From assembly GCA_964636085.1 (NCBI GenBank), contig CAZWPQ010000012.1, forward strand, positions 41,727 to 57,865: DNA of 16,139 nt, read 5' to 3'. Shown in pieces: positions 15,918 through 16,139 of the stretch. Origin of the DNA: an uncultured Nitrososphaerota archaeon (GTDB taxonomy: Archaea > Asgardarchaeota > Njordarchaeia > Njordarchaeales > Panguiarchaeaceae). Within the stretch, counting starts at the first letter, position 1. Each line of letters starts with the position of its first letter. Under the pieces are notes generated by a model that searched no databases, was not told where the DNA came from, and worked only from the letters and a program-made list of their open reading frames with translations. Position numbers and translations under genes: made by a program.

Positions 15918-16139
15918 GATTTTCTAACCTTTCAACAATCTTCCTTTTGATTTTTCTGTCAAACTCCTTGATTACCTCCCCAGATACCTCGGCATCCCTA
16001 GTGAGCTCGTCGGCCATTGTAAGCCTTAGAAGTTTCTCATGGAAAACCTCCACGGCGAGCTTCTCAAACTTCTTCTTGAGCAAGGGGTTCCTCTCAAGCA
16101 TTATCTTGACGTCATCTGGAACCTCTATAGTAATACTAC
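15892..16139 (-). CDS. Putative antitoxin, 5' end outside the window
   Basis: The frame stays open upstream of ATG 16101 to the window edge, reading SITIEVPDDVKIMLERNPLL (an RHH-like strand); overlaps the PIN start. Confidence 0.7.
   Translation of the reverse strand, partial: SITIEVPDDVKIMLERNPLLKKKFEKLAVEVFHEKLLRLTMADELTRDAEVSGEVIKEFDRKIKRKIVERLENLEGGSGHQ

Noticed and set aside
16128-16138. Palindrome TAGTA-A-TACTA as an operator
   Set aside because: It lies inside the antitoxin reading frame at the window edge, is short and AT-rich, and its context is not visible.
1-16139. tRNA, rRNA, integrase or transposase
   Set aside because: No cloverleaf, GC-rich structured RNA segment or recombinase motif was seen.

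Overview
A gene-dense, AT-rich archaeal window (GGTGA/GGAGG ribosome-binding sites, T-tract intergenic regions, three PIN-type toxin-antitoxin loci, surface proteins rich in N-glycosylation sequons). It is probably from an Asgard archaeon, inferred from the GTPase/longin pair. In order it holds: the 3' end of an FtsE/LolD-like ABC ATPase; a ~1,580-aa membrane-anchored clostripain (C11) peptidase with an internal duplication; vapBC; a membrane-anchored two-HKD phospholipase D-family protein; two small ORFs (one PLDc_N-like); a Spinster-like MFS transporter; an ABC ATPase/permease pair; a class II glutamine amidotransferase; then the highlight; then a second vapBC and a third, convergent, frameshifted one. 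The highlight is a pair of overlapping genes. The first is a Rag-like GTPase with a C-terminal roadblock-like domain (FPGQ, HKQD, TSIYD and AFLYD motifs, closest to RagC/D). The second is a single-pass membrane protein ending in a uDENN/longin-like domain with the 'DxxxGP' turn and an 'ERG' loop where folliculin and SMCR8 carry their GAP arginine finger. This suggests a minimal prokaryotic Rag + membrane-tethered folliculin-like GAP module. All family calls come from motif recognition by eye; no searches were run.
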